64,000 bases of DNA. Source: Phoronis australis (lineage: Eukaryota; Animalia; Phoronida). Positions 11,708 through 26,400 of the stretch are shown piece by piece. The stretch lies in NCBI GenBank assembly GCA_002633005.1, contig NMRA01000003.1, forward strand, positions 1,726,503-1,790,502. The letters run 5' to 3'. The position numbers and the translations under genes are program-made. The first letter of the stretch is position 1. Every line of letters begins with the position of its first letter. Under the pieces are notes generated by a model. It was not told where the DNA came from, searched no databases, and worked only from the letters and a program-made list of their open reading frames with translations.

Positions 11708-13998
11708 ATGGCAGCCTCCAGTGACGAGACACTTTCTCAATTCTTCGGCCAGAAACATGCTTCAAAGAAGCCTTGTAGAGCTTGCGTTGACTTCAAAACG
11801 TGGGCAAAACTTCAAGGAAAAGCAGATTCTTCTAAAACGTCTAATTTAGTTAGTATTTATCGATGGAACACAATTTAGGACAAGTTCAGAACCTGTCTTG
11901 TGTAAAAAACGACAGTTCTTCAGTATTTCAGTGAAATTTTCACTGTAGTGCAGGACCTGATTTAGTTTGATTTATTAAACCAGACAGTCACTGAGTGAAA
12001 TTGAAAAATGGCCTGGTACACAGCAGATGAAACTGGTTCTCTAACTCAGCAATTTTAACACCGTATGTTTACTTGCCATATTATATTGAACGCATGCTTG
12101 GATGACATTGATTCATGCACCTTTGAAACATGAAAGCAATGGTAGGCAATAATCCACATTTTGAGAACCAGTTTTTTGCCCGTTATTCAGTGAAAAATAC
12201 TGGTTCTCAAAATGCAGGCATGTTATATCCAACTGTTACATATCTCAAGGAAAGGATTCAGAAAATACCATTATCAAGTGGCTGTGAATTAGGAGTTGAA
12301 TTGTAAACAATAATCACAAAAACCATGAATTTGAAGATGATTTGTTCTCAGTAACTAGCACAAATTCAATGAAATTCTTTCTCGTGGAATCGGCTCTGAA
12401 CTCCAGTTTGCAAAGTAACTTTAAGAATATACCTCTTAGTGATGTTTTTAAACTTCAAAGCACTTTGGTTAAAATTAATTATTGACAATTAAATAGTGGC
12501 AAAATGCCCCTTTTATCAAATACTGAAATCTTTTTTGCTTCATTATATATAAGCATAGTTGTTCGTAATGTACAGTAAATGTAAAATAAAATCCGTTAAA
12601 TTTTAAAAAGGATTAGCCTTTGAAAATTTTTGTGCAAAACTGAAGAGAGCTTTATGTACATGCTGCTACTTTGTTTACACGGTTGCTGTTAGATTAACAC
12701 ATACTTTTCACTTAATAATACTGTGGAATTTCCTTAGAGTTCTGTGATAATACATAGAATATTTCTGTTGTTTTCAGGAAACAAGAAACTCGCGCTATTC
12801 CAGTTTGGATAGTGAAGGAGGAAGTGGAGCGTCACCATCTCAAGATCCCGAGTGTCCCCTTGATGTCACAGAGTTAGGAAGGAACACTTGGTCATTCCTT
12901 CATACTATGGCCTCCTATTATCCTGATAATCCCTCTGTGAAGCAACAACAAGACATGAAACAGTTCATGCACTTGTTTTCCAACTTTTTCCCTTGTGAAC
13001 ATTGTGCGGAGCATTTAAGACATAGGTAATGTTTCCTGAGAAATGTCCTCTCATTTTCACAGACTTGCATCAATCCAATACAAGTCTTCCAAATTGCAAT
13101 GTCTCTCAAGTGTACTTTGTAACATCTTGAAGTGTTGAACAATGGAGAATGCGTTACTTCTTTCTGTGCATGTTGTGGTGTTGCAGTCGGACAGTCCTAA
13201 CCTTCTGCGGGTCCTAAGCAAACATTGAATTGGAGGCCCCTTTCCCAACTGACTCTAACACACCCACTGACAGTATAACCAAGTTTACAATGAATGTTGT
13301 ATCTGAGGAGAGAGACAATGAACTGAATCCTCATGGTCCATAATACAGTCAAGTAAAGTTAGCAACATCAACATACTTTATTAAAAACATTGAAATTGAT
13401 CGATTTCAATTTCAGGAAATGGAATGTTGATGACATTTTTCTGCAGAAGATACGGCAAAGTGTCAAATCTTGATTTTTCTAGAAAGCTTCAAAACTTACA
13501 ATTAGCAGGCTTTCAATGTGTAAATCACCCACTGAAAATCATTGAGTCTTGCGAGTCAGATGTTTCCGCCCTTGTTTACCGATTGGATTTCCCTTGTGCG
13601 GCTAAATTTAAACACAGTGTCTATTAGCCACCATAGTTATGGACAAATGATTGACAAACGAGATTTGTTTTTTTAAGGGGTTGACTTGTTCAAATGTGTG
13701 TTCTCAGTGAGAACCAGTATTTTTGGTTTGATAGCTACTAATTTTTTAAAAGAAAATCTTCACTTTGGGTACTTTAAGCAAGTCGTGCTCTCAACTACTT
13801 GTTTCCAAATCTAATTGACAGCAACTACTTTATAGGTTAAAGGCAAGCCCTCCAGAGACATCAACTCAAAGTAAATTTGCTCAGTGGCTGTGTAGGATAC
13901 ATAACGATGTGAATGTAAGACTTGGCAAGCCAGTGTTTGACTGTAGTAAAGTAGATGAACGATGGCGAGATGGTTGGAAGGATGGAAGCTGTGATTGA
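11708..13998 (+). CDS. GFER: FAD-linked sulfhydryl oxidase ALR/Erv1, 183 aa, 3 exons
   Basis: Exons 11708-11848, 12778-13025 and 13836-13998 have consistent phases. Motifs: KPCRAC shuttle disulfide, CPLD..ELGR.TW.FLHT, redox CEHC, HNDVN..LGKP.FDC and C-terminal [12 protein letters not shown]. Confidence 0.97.
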
Positions 13999-14420
13999 CG
14001 AGAAGCCTCGATGGTGACTAAGTGGGGCAAAACCCTAGGACAGTTTTGCAAGATCAGGCAATCTCGCCTTCCGCCCTCACTGCATTTGGTGTGGGCACAG
14101 CTAGGTCAGCAGTGGAATGATTCTTGCACATGAAACCAGATGACTTGGTGATTGTAGTCTGGTTCACATGACGCTGGCTAAATGGCAACAGCATTCCTGC
14201 TTGGACAAGAAACCAAAGGGAAACTGCAATGTGAACCACATACAGGGATTCTTAGTTTACACGGATGATTTCGAAGTAGTATTCCAATTAATCATGTATG
14301 GACAAATAGCATGTCCTAGCTCTTATCTAAATTTACTCAATGATTATTTCCCAGTATATTTTGTTTAATTGGCTTCATCAGTTTATCAAATGTATAAGAA
14401 GAGAGAGAAAATGACTATTT

Positions 14421-14469
14421 AATAAATGATTTATTTTTATTGACATACGTAACAAAAATGACAAATAAA
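14421..14469. terminator. Interleaved poly(A) signals of convergent GFER and POLD2
   Basis: AATAAA on + at 14421 and 14464; AATAAA on - at 14430-14435 and 14436-14441. Confidence 0.6.
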
Positions 14470-14492
14470 AATGAATTTTTACTGTTATATCA

Positions 14493-17400
14493 TCACTTGT
14501 CAACTTCTGGACTTGTTTGATCGCAAGCTGAAAGTGATGCATTGAACGTGACGGGAAAGCAATCCAAAGTTCGCAGATTCAACATGACGCAAGTGTTTGT
14601 CTTGCTGTACTTCGGAACTGTAATAAGACGCACTTGTTGACCTCTGGGCCCTGAAATGTGAAAAATATGTGCAACATTTTTTGTAGAACGGACATATTTC
14701 GCATGTTGTTCGGATGTTACAAATAGCACGACAGATTGTGTGTGCATTTATAAAGGAATTTGGGCCTAGTATTGCAGAGAACGTTCTACACAGAAGGATT
14801 CCCAACAATACTTTTTACTTAACCATTGAACCACTACAATAAAACAAGGAGAACAAGTCATAACAATGAGTGATGAGAGTAATCAGTCACCCTTCCTACA
14901 CCTGCTCAAGCAAGCCATAAAATGAATGTAAACTACTGCAGGACTAATAAGTTTGTGTGCATTGTGGTCTGAAAAAGCAACAAGAGCAATGTATAGGGAT
15001 GATATGCACCCACCATGTGCATTACAAACGGTTAAGAAATAAGTGTGTTTCAATAGTGAAGAAATAAGGGGTGATCATGTTTCATATATTTCCAAGGTGG
15101 TCGGATCCATCTAAAATCAGAATCCACTGTGCAAGCTCTCCTCGCTAAGAAAACATGTCAAATTCGTGACGATGCGTCAAAGAGCTTGAAAAATATTGAG
15201 GGACAAACAATGGCAATCTGTCACTAGGGTGTACCACAGGAGTTGGAAATCAACATCAGTCCTGTTTTCCTCAAAAAGAACACATACGCCAAATTAAATT
15301 TAGAAACAACCAAAGAACTTAGTAGACATAAGGCAAACGGAACTACTAAAATTACCATTAGGGGGCACTGTAGTACACCTGTCCGAAAATAAATGTTGAC
15401 CTAGTTCTCCTCAGTAGGAACACAACTACTTGCTTTCATAATTCTTCCAAGCAGTTGTGGATAGAGGCAGATGCCAAAAACATAATTAATTGAGGAGGTG
15501 CCATCGTTTCCTTCACAGAAACTTACATGCCAAATATGATGATCTATCAAGGAATTTGAGAGAATTTGAGACATATGAACAGAAAACCTAAGTAGTCGCT
15601 AAGTGCATCACAATAGTTGGACCCATCCTGAATAAGGCAGGTACAATTCAATATAATGTTACGTAGGATTTTATGAAAATGTTCATATTAGTAGGCAGGG
15701 GAAGAGGTGGCTAGAGAGTGATGCACTATTCACATTGGACTGACCACTGGTGTCTGCACTATTCACATTGAACTGACCACTGGTGTCTGCACTATTCACA
15801 TTGGACTGACCACTGGTGTCTTTTGTCATTTACTCAGCACAAAAATAAAGCCTTTTGTTTCAAGAGTTTCGTTTAATTTGTGGTTTAGCAAACAGGTTGA
15901 CAAAAGTTGCCACCAAGAAGTCGTAGCATTCCTCCCAGAATTGATTGGTAAGTGCAGGGCTACCAACACATTCGGCACATGACCTGAACCTTCACCCTAA
16001 AAATATGTATTTTGATAACGAAAATTTGGGCAATTTCCAGAACTTTCATCGAAGTTTTAACTTTAATCTCAAGATGACGTGATACACATAGAAACCACAA
16101 ATTTCAGTAAATCGTGTTCAACTAAAACCCCCTTAAAAACAACTCAGCAGGGTTGATTTCTCCCCAAATATTGATTTCTTATTCATGCTAAAGTCATAGG
16201 TGCCCAAGTTCTCCGCCGTTGATGATGTCGGCGGAAAGAAATGTGGTGCATTTTTTATTCTGTTTTCTAAATTTAATTCTTATTAATTCATTCTCTTCTG
16301 AAATTTCGCGCTCAATATTTTGTCACGACTTCCAAAGCAGATATCCCACCACATTGAGCTATACAAGCATGTTTTTAATTTTCAATAGACCATTCCAAAA
16401 ACACAAAGCCTGACATGCAATATTACAGTGCACACTGGTACTACTGGTACTTAGGATCTTGCACTCTTTGCTATTTCCGTCATTTACCAATGAAAATTTT
16501 CTGTCGCCATCTTGCTTCAAAAACGACAATAATGTTAAAAAGTATGTTTTGCTTTTTTAATGATTTAAAGAGAAATAAATTTTCAAAAATAATATTCTTT
16601 GATTAAAAAGACCGTATGCACATTAAGATCATGTAGAATAGACAGCAGGAAAATCCGTATCAGTTGGCAACCCTTCCTGCTACTAAATATGTTGACTAAA
16701 TTTCAAGAATAATACATGGTTCAGGACATATCCACGGTCAATGTCCAGATGTCCGTCCAAAATTTGGCTCCTGACATCCTCTGCTCGATAGAAAGTCTTT
16801 CATAACTCCTAAAGACCGCTGATACGTTTGGATGATGGACACTCAATTCCCAGATGGAGATTACAATATGCACCAACTTAATGTACATGTGGGCACTATA
16901 ATGTCCCATAAAGGACTTTGGTGTACAGGAGTGTCGAAGTGAAAGTGTAATGCACCTGACCCTTAATTACCTTTAAAAAGCTCCGTCTTGAACTCTGTCT
17001 GGCTTCCAGCGAAATAGACATGAGGACAGCTATCAATGATAAAAGGATCTTTGTCCAAGTATGGGTAACATCCTGCAATGAACAGTTATGCATTAATAAA
17101 ACACTACATTCAGAACTACGTTTCATTTCACATTGCCAAAAAATTGCGGATATGTAGAGCATAAGATGAAATAAATAAAACGCTTTAAAATTACTATTCG
17201 TTGCATTGTTACCAAACTTTCAGTGTAAGATGCAAATGTGTTGCTTTATGATGGACAGTTAAGAGGCCATTACATTGACGGTAACTGAATCGAAATAAAA
17301 AATCAATTTTTGTCTGGATTTGCTAACCGTCTTCCTGTCATCTGATTATGTTGTTAAACTGTAGTTACCTCCCATGAAATTTAAGATAACTGGGTTTAGA

Positions 17401-20400
17401 ATAGGAAAGTACCCAACTTGCCGATTAACTCATTTGGCAGTAACAGGGGAACTCGATGAAAGGCATGCGTTTCAGTGAAAAGGTTGAGTTCAACACTAAA
17501 GAAATATTTTAATAGGGTATCGTGCGATCAAATAAAATTTGACTGGGCCATCAGGAAAGCCCATTTCTATGAGCATAACCCAACAACCACATCCCAACTT
17601 CAACTAGTCTGCGTAGATACAGAAATACATTGTATGATTGGCGTAGCTTTCAAAAGATTAGACTATTACCGTAATACATTGAGTTTGACGAAGAAAGAAT
17701 GACACATCCTGTCGCAACAACCTTCCCAAATGCCACCACTGCAACTCACTTTGTAACAGGAAAACTTTATTGGCATAAGATAATTTTGATGCAAAACAAT
17801 GTAAAGCATGGCAGCAGTCAGAAACATGTCCTACAGATGCATTGTGGGTAAATGCTGCAGAATAAGACTGGCAGTTTGGTATTTCAGGACATGGATTTTG
17901 TAAGACCTATATTATGCTTAGTTAAGGCAGAATTCGTTAAATATACAAATGAAAGTGCTCAGAGGAGTGACACTTGGCAAAAGTAAATGAAAAAAGTAGA
18001 GGTGATGTTGACGATGAAACCACGAACACCAACGACCATGACCCTGGCCTGACATCCCTCACACTAATGTAAAGCAAATGATAAACCAAAACGAGAGCGC
18101 TCGGAGGAGCGACACTTGGCGGAACTAATCGAAAAGACGACGATGAGGGAGACGACGACAATCAAGACGATCACGGCGGCAATTATGAATAAGACGATAA
18201 CACGATAACATTCATGTGACTAGCGAAGAAATCAAATAGAGAGCAGACAATCAACTACAATAAAGAACAATAGATGGCCCAGCATGACGGACGAGTCATG
18301 TCTGTTCCCACATTCTAAAATAGGTGGCGCTATGTGACAGTCTGCAAAGCAAAGTTATGTTTACAATAAGTATTTGCCCTGGAATTGTACAGTCTACAGA
18401 GAGCTATGCCACAGTAGGACACTGCTGGCTGGGTCAGTCTGGGTCAACTAGGCATAACCAAAACAAAGTGAACTGAAAGCCAGCCACCTGCGCGTTGCAT
18501 AGGGACAACGGTATCCGAAAATCTCGAATAATTCAAAAAGTAGACGTCGTAGCGCAAAATGGAAAGTATCCTCTGAAAGCCCGTTCAAATCTCTATCTAA
18601 TGTGATAGTTTGGCAAAAATCCAAAAATTTTTCGAGAAAATTGAAAATTTGCCGGTTTTTTTTGAAATTCAAAGTCAAATAACTCGAAAACGGTAAGTCT
18701 GAGAAATACGCTCTCGCAGACTTTTTGAAAGGCCATACTTCAAGGAATCCACATGCAAAAATTCACGTCATTTGCTCTTCCCATAAAAAATGCGACAGCA
18801 GAGCGATTGAAACCGTGTGAACATGCCCCACAGCCGCCATCTTGAAGGTGACTTCCGGTTCAATAATTTTTTATAAAAGCTTATTAAACTCAACAAACAC
18901 GTGACCAGTTTGAAAGTGATTGGTTTGCAATTGCGCCCTCTACAGGAGAAAACGTTTTTAGCCCTATTTCGGGGTGCGCATGCGCCACGTCCAATATTTC
19001 CGCCATCTTTAACCGGAAGTCAACGATTTTCTGCACAATTGTAGCACATGCGTTCTAGTATATTCGTACCGATTTTCAGCCATGTAGGTCGAAAAATGCG
19101 GCCTCTACGAGTATTTGACTGTGAAATCGGATACAAAATGGCCGCCACGTCCGCCATTTTGTATTCGATAATGACCAAAAACAATAGGCTTCTAGGACTT
19201 TCCGATCTACATGTTGTGTGCAAATTTCGTGAAAATCGGTCGAAAATTGCGACCTGTAGAGTGCGAACAAACAAAAAAAAAAAAAAAACTTGCTGTCAGA
19301 CCAACATACTTGGCGGAAGAATTCCGCCAAGTAAAAACTGCATTGAGGAATCAGTCAATAAAAGAACAGTCATCAAATCAAAAATTTTCAATTAACTCAA
19401 CAACAGGTAAGTTGAAGCGAGAAATCATCAAACCAATCCAGATAAATATTTTACTGTATAGCAAATTTCAGAAGGTTCCCTCAAATGACTGCAGTGCTAG
19501 AGCTCTGCAAGTGATGATTTGAAAAAAAATAATCGTCACTGTGTCATCTTGATTTCGATTTCACCCCAAAATAAAAACCTTGAGCTTTTAATGAAGAACG
19601 CGTTGTACATAAACTTTATGTAGATGAGACGTAAATTGAGACATGTAGCACCAATTTAAAAGACCAATAGAAGTGCAACAAGTAATTAGTCAACAAAAGA
19701 GCAGTCATTTGATCACAAAAACTTAAATATCTCGAGTGGCATATTAGAGATATGACTTGAAGAGATCTATCTACATGTCAAAGTTCAGAAAAATCCCTCC
19801 AGTGACTGCAGAGCTATGGCTACACAAACCATAACATAAAAAATGGCTGCCACAACGCCATCTTGCATTGATCGGATAACGCATAAGACATGCTGCCTAT
19901 AGCGAGCAAACAAACAAACTCACTACCCAGCAGAGCAACATATTTGGCAAAATTTCATTTCACCAAGTAACAACTACATGCCCTTGAATGTCTTTTGACA
20001 GCAAAGTAAACTATGCAAATGCACAGGCATGAATACACTACTTATAACTACAATAAGTAACTGAATAATAGCTAACATCCAATGTTGGTGTCACCAACAG
20101 CCAGTGCTCATTACCCAAAGTATCCGGAGCAGTGGGTGCCAGATGTGCCCACACAAGCGTCCTCTCTAGTATTTTCAAAGGGTTGTCCTCGGTTGAATAT
20201 TTGTATATGTCATCCAGGTTTTGACCGGACGTGCCCAGCAATCTGCAAAACACAGTATACAGTTACTGAGTTGTCACATAAAAGTTAAGTAGGACCTTAT
20301 CAACAAGTATTTGTAGTTTGCCAAAATTCTACAAACTATAGAGTTCAACCCAGTACAAGCAGCACTTCCAAAAGTAGATAGCCTGTAGAATTCATACCAA

Positions 20401-23400
20401 CCTGCAACCACCTCTATCACATGACCAAGTATTTTCAGGAAAAATGAAAGGTACATTCATAGCAATAACATTGCTAAATTTTGTTTTTCACCAATGTTCA
20501 AGATGAAATCTCAAAAAGGCTGACTTAGTTTTCTACATTGTTTTTAAAATCTTCCAAGTATTCATGAGGAGCTATCAAAATATATGACGAAAACGATTTT
20601 CAGGCAAAAAATCACAAAATGCATAAAACAAGAACAAAAAATAAATTACTAGAAAACTGTATTTAATAGCATTGTTGAGATTTCATTGTGAACATTTTTG
20701 TCAAATGAAATTTGATCATGTTACTGATACTATTGCTTTACAATCAATGTATCAGTTTTTTACTAAATTTTACTAAAAAACATGGTCACTTGACCCAATT
20801 AAAAGTAGACTGATAAACAGTCAAAAATCCAAATCTACAGGCTTTCCATTTTCAGAAAATACATACCTTTACTAAGCTTAAGTTAATAGACTTTTAGATA
20901 TTTGTCTAAATACATAGACATGTCGATAAGGACCTACGTAACCTTAACACAAAACAACAAAGTCTTAACTTACACAAAAACACATACATTATGATAACAA
21001 TTACCAACCCTGGTGGTGTATCTGAGGAAGGGGACAACCTTTTATTATTTGAATAGACTGAGAAGTAGAGAACTGACCACCAGCATAGGGGTGTTTGTGG
21101 TATAAGGAGCCATGTGATGAGAAAGCATGCATTTGTACAGGTGAGACAGTTACCTCATCAACAAGTCAGACTTGATGAGTCTCAAGTTGACCTTCTATGA
21201 TGCTTGGTGTTAAATCGTACAAATTCTTGCTCTGTACCACGTAATCCAATTCCATTCACTTATTTCGATAATCAAAGAGTACCATTCCTTTAGTCCCTTA
21301 CCACACTATGGTGCATCTTCTTACAACCTGACTTTGACGTGATGATATTTTAAACAAAATAATATATTGCGATCCCAGTTTGAATTTAATGGTAATAAGA
21401 AATACTTTACTAAAGAAGATACATTGTAAATGTTATAAAGAATATAACCTACTGAAATGTCGTGCTAAAAAGATAACAGCAACATTTAGATTGAATACGC
21501 AGAAAGTTTACATTGTCTAAGTCAAACACGAAATTACCGGACTCCATCCACTGAGAAATCATAGGGGTTGGTGACCAGGTGAACGCTGGAGTACTGCAAA
21601 GCCCTGGGGAACATACATGGATGGAGGGGCTGCTGAGGCAATATGTGGTTGGCAGGATCATATTCTCCACTCATCACATCCACATCAATTGACGTCTGAA
21701 ATGAAGTGCAAACTAACAGTCATAGCTAGGTGGTGGTTTATTGCTGACATTGTATACGCCTGTAAATGAAGCAAAAAGTGGCAAAATTGGAAATACCTAC
21801 AAAAACGTTGTACACTGAATTTTGAAACACAATTTGTGTGCAAGGCTTTAATTATCAAAATTAAATTGACCCTTAATTGACCAACAGTAAAACATGTACA
21901 AAATATGTTTGCAACAAGAATTACCACCTTGACAATAAGAAGTGGATTTACAAAGTATTACCTACCAACGTTGACACCTCACAGAAGAGATTATAGGAGA
22001 GGGAAAATACCTTAAATTTATCCTAATATGAAATTTCGCAACTTGTCATTAAGACATGACTTACAGCAAGTTGCATGATGACATCATCCACAGACATCAT
22101 GGCCTCAATGCTGCCAGCCTCAAACTTCTTACTCAAGTATTTGGCCTAAATCAACAAACATTTCACGAGTTAAAAATGATACAGAAGCGAAAATAACATG
22201 AATATGAGGACAATACGAAAAAGGTTTTCATCTAGCAGACCTCCACCGCATCCAACAGAGTACCCTGACTCAATTTTGGACACCCCAGATAGAATGACAT
22301 CTGCAGCATTTGGAGGCCCTCTTCAGCATTTAGACGCCAACCAAGTAAAGTAAGCAAGTAACCATTAGTGTCTCCAATAAAGGTAATTGCAGGACACAAT
22401 ATATTAAAAGGTCATCGCAGGACAAAATATATTAAAAGGTCATCAAAAGACACAAGCAATTAAATGGTCATTACATGATATATTATCCAGTTTAATCAGA
22501 ATCACGACTAATTGCAAATGACAGGTGCCACTTTCTAAAAAGTATTTTGAATTTCATACTCACATTTAACGTGATTCTCAAAAAGAAACATAAGTTCCCA
22601 AACACTAAAGCTTATCACTATTGACTTATTCCTAAAAATTGCACAGTGAGGCAGTGAGCTAATAAAAAAGAGGTCAAGAGGTCGCACAGCTCCACCCACC
22701 TTGTGAAGCTGCTCCTTATCTTGTGTATCCTGACTAAGGCAGTTGCCAGCGAAGACAACACGCACCACTTTGGACGACGACTCCTGCTCACACTCATCTC
22801 CCAACTGACCAGTCAGGTAATCTAGTAGCAACTGGAGACCAAATAAGTCCTGTGTACTCTTACTAATGTCCAGTCCTGACACCAGTGCAATGTATCTACA
22901 GGTAACAAAAACAGACTCTATGAAGTGTGGTTGTAACAACTGAGTCAGATTTTTGGCAGCAGGGCAATAAATTATTATCAAACAAGAGCAATGTAGAGCA
23001 TTGAAATGCGCCCACGACTGCAACGTAAATGGTGTGCTTCTTATGGTGTTTTTAGCATCTTAAAAATGGCAATTAGATGAAAATCTACCAAGGATCTCCA
23101 AATATACAGAGGCAGTAAGCAGGCACAGCAGTAGTCAAATCTGTCCATCTGATGTCATGTTAATAAGAACAGAATTGAAAAATTGTGATCTTAGATACAG
23201 ACACAGACACAAAAATAATGTCATTAGGGACTACCACAATAAAGTTGGACCCATCTGAAAATCTACGCCAGTCATGCTCATATCAGTAGAAACACATCTG
23301 CCAATTTTCATAACCGTCCTCTGAGCGGTTTAGCTGATACAGAAGCAAACAGAAAAAAAAACGGATTAAAAATAATTCACCTGGCCACTTGGTGGCACAG

Positions 23401-26400
23401 AATAGTTATGTTGAATTCATTGCAAATTGAAAAGATGGTGTCACCTTTATAATAGAAACTTGTTTCCAAATTTCATGAAGAAAACATCAAGAAACTCAGA
23501 AGAGACAGATGCAAAGGTAAAAGCTAAAATTGCTACTGGGGGCATAGCGGTAGCCTGAGCTGTCCAAAGTCATGGGCAGCCACTGTCACATCTAAAGCAA
23601 AACACATGCAAAACATCATACCTGGGAATCAGACGTTGCAGCCAGTAAGTAGTGCAAAATACACTGAATAGGTAGGAAAATGGAAAGGCAAAGTTGTCCC
23701 CTTAATAGAAACCTATTTGCCATATTTCAGAAAAATCCATCAATGAACTTAAAAGATACAGAAGCAAACGTAAAAAATGAAACTGCCACTAGGGGGCACA
23801 CCAGTAGTCGGATTGGTCTGATACTAGTCACCATTCGTTATCATCTCCATAGGAACATATCTGCCACATTTCATAAAGATCCTCCATAAAGTTAGGAGAC
23901 ACAGTCATATACGCAAAAAAATGCCACTAGCGATTGCCATAGTAATCGAACCCATCTGAAAATCCGTGTCAGCCACTGTCATCTCATCAGGAACAAATCT
24001 GACAATTTGGCGAATAGAAAGGCAGACGTCAAAACATATTCATAATATTTTTAAATTACCACCAGATGGCACAGAATAAGTCAATTCCGTTTGAAAATGT
24101 GAGGGTATCATTGACTCTTTAACAGACCTATTTTCTAAATTTCATGAAAATCCATGAACAAACTCAAAAAATACAGAGGCAAACGTAAAAAATAAAATTG
24201 CCACTAGGGGGCAGAGCAGTAGTCAAATCCGTCCGAAACTCATCGTATTAGTATAGTTTCTTCAAGGGTATGCAGAGGCCGATACTAAACGAGATTACTG
24301 AAAATTTGCCACTGGGGGGCACAGCAAAAGTCCAAAAATGGGCAAATGCAGAGTTCTCTCTTGGAAAAATCACATTTGTCAAATTTCATGAAGATCTTTC
24401 ATCAAAGTTGGTGGACATTGAGGGAAGTACAAAATTCTAAAACGGCCAGTAGCGAGCATAGTAGTAGTCAAAACTGTCCAAAAACCAGTGCCAGCTAGCT
24501 TTCCATCAACGGAACACAAAATTTGATAGATAGAATGGCTGAACAGTGGTCATTAACGGCAAATTCTAAAATTTCCACTAGGGGCACAGAGCATGCCAAA
24601 GCTGTGAGATAAAAGGGAGGTGCTGTCTTGTTCATTGTTGACACATAACCGTCAAATTTCACAACAATGCACAAAAATCATATTAAAATGTCAAGAAGCT
24701 AAACATGTTAAATGTAAATACTTTGCAAGGTCATGCATGTGTCAAATAATGCAACACCAGGGGAGCTAATCCCAGTTCTATTACCTGTCATCGTCTATAG
24801 CTGGAAGAGGTTCTTGTTGAGGTAACTCTTGATAACAAACATCCTCCACGTGAAAACAACCACGGTCATCCTCTGGTTCATAACCACACACAGCCAACAC
24901 AACACCTAATCACGGAAATATTACATGCGGTAAATCTTCAGATACAACAAGGTATTACATTCTCTTATATGAGAAAGATGACAAGGAACTGAAAATCCGA
25001 ATATGGACAATGTGAATGAAATATCTTGATAAAGCTAAGCATTTTAATTACCCTAGTTAGAGTTGTATACAATACCTAGATGAATGTTCCCACACAATTT
25101 CATTTACATGACTGAATTACGTAACTACAGGCTGCATAACAAACTTGTCTGTTTTTTATTTTTTTAGAGTTTACCAACTTCAAAATACAAAAAAGTAAGA
25201 ATAATGTTGTGGGCATTAAGCTAAACATGGACGTTAAAAAACAGAATTTTTCAGTAGATCGTAAGCATTTACCGGAAAGGTCAATTAACTAATATGATAA
25301 TATTGGAATGTGAATGAAACAAAAGAAACATTTCACATCTCCATCATTACAGGTTGCCTATATCCTGCCCAATAGGTGGGGCTTTTGCATATGTTTTGTT
25401 ATAAGGAAACTAAAAAGCAAAAATGGGGTGTGAGCCTTGAGCCCAGCTGAAATGAAAATTTGTAAATTTCGGGGTTGCACATAAACTGGACCAGTATGGT
25501 ATAATACAAAAAATAAATAAAAAAGCTTATGTTTATACGGTCAAAGTTTCATTTGTATTTCACTGAGTCATCAGAAAGACTGCAACAGGTCGCACCTGTG
25601 TAGTGCAATTTCGTTTAAAGCTAGGAGTGAATATGACGAAATACTATATCATTAAGAGTGTTAAACACAACATAATTTCATACTTCAAAATGACAACCAC
25701 AAGAACAAACCTGTCACAGATGTCTGTACGTCAGGTTTTCCCACCAGTTTAATTCGTTGAAGTTCATCTTCAAGGATCAGATCATCAGTTTCACAATTGA
25801 ACCTTGACCTAGGAGGAGGTGGCATCAACATGTGCTGAAAAGAAAAGCACATTTCCCTTTGAACATTTAACACAAAACCCTTTAACAGTGAGTGCACAAA
25901 CTTTATTGCAGACGCATGTCTCTGTAGAAACATACGGCAGAAAAATACCAATATGACTAAGGATTGCAAAAATGCAGTTGTGCGTCATTGACCACAAGAT
26001 GCTCCGAGAAATTGGGAATCCCGTTTGGACGTCCTCTTTTTGAAATCCTGTATGAGCCCCTGCGCTCAACATAGCTTTACTCATAGTCAGTTTTCGAACT
26101 TCAGCAAATAAATGTGGTGGCCCAATGGGCCAACTGGCCCAGCCAAATCCACAAAGGGCCTATATCTGAAAGTTGCTGACTCGCCAGGCTAGTCACTTTT
26201 AAAAGTTACTAGCCAGGCTTCACATCCACTGGCCCTGGGCCACCATGTATTTCAAACATAGCTCCTAGCACTTCCTTACTATGAAAATCCCAATCACCAA
26301 ACAATAGGCTAACAGAGACTCATGACAACAGCCACCGTCAAGCTCAACAGACGGTTTGAAAATGTGCAATATGTTGCCTTTTTTCATTTAATAGTTCTAA

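Noticed and set aside
19020-19522. Cluster of overlapping ORFs conserved with 62528-62946
   Set aside because: The similarity comes from two copies of a non-coding repeat; no Rep, helicase or transposase motifs.
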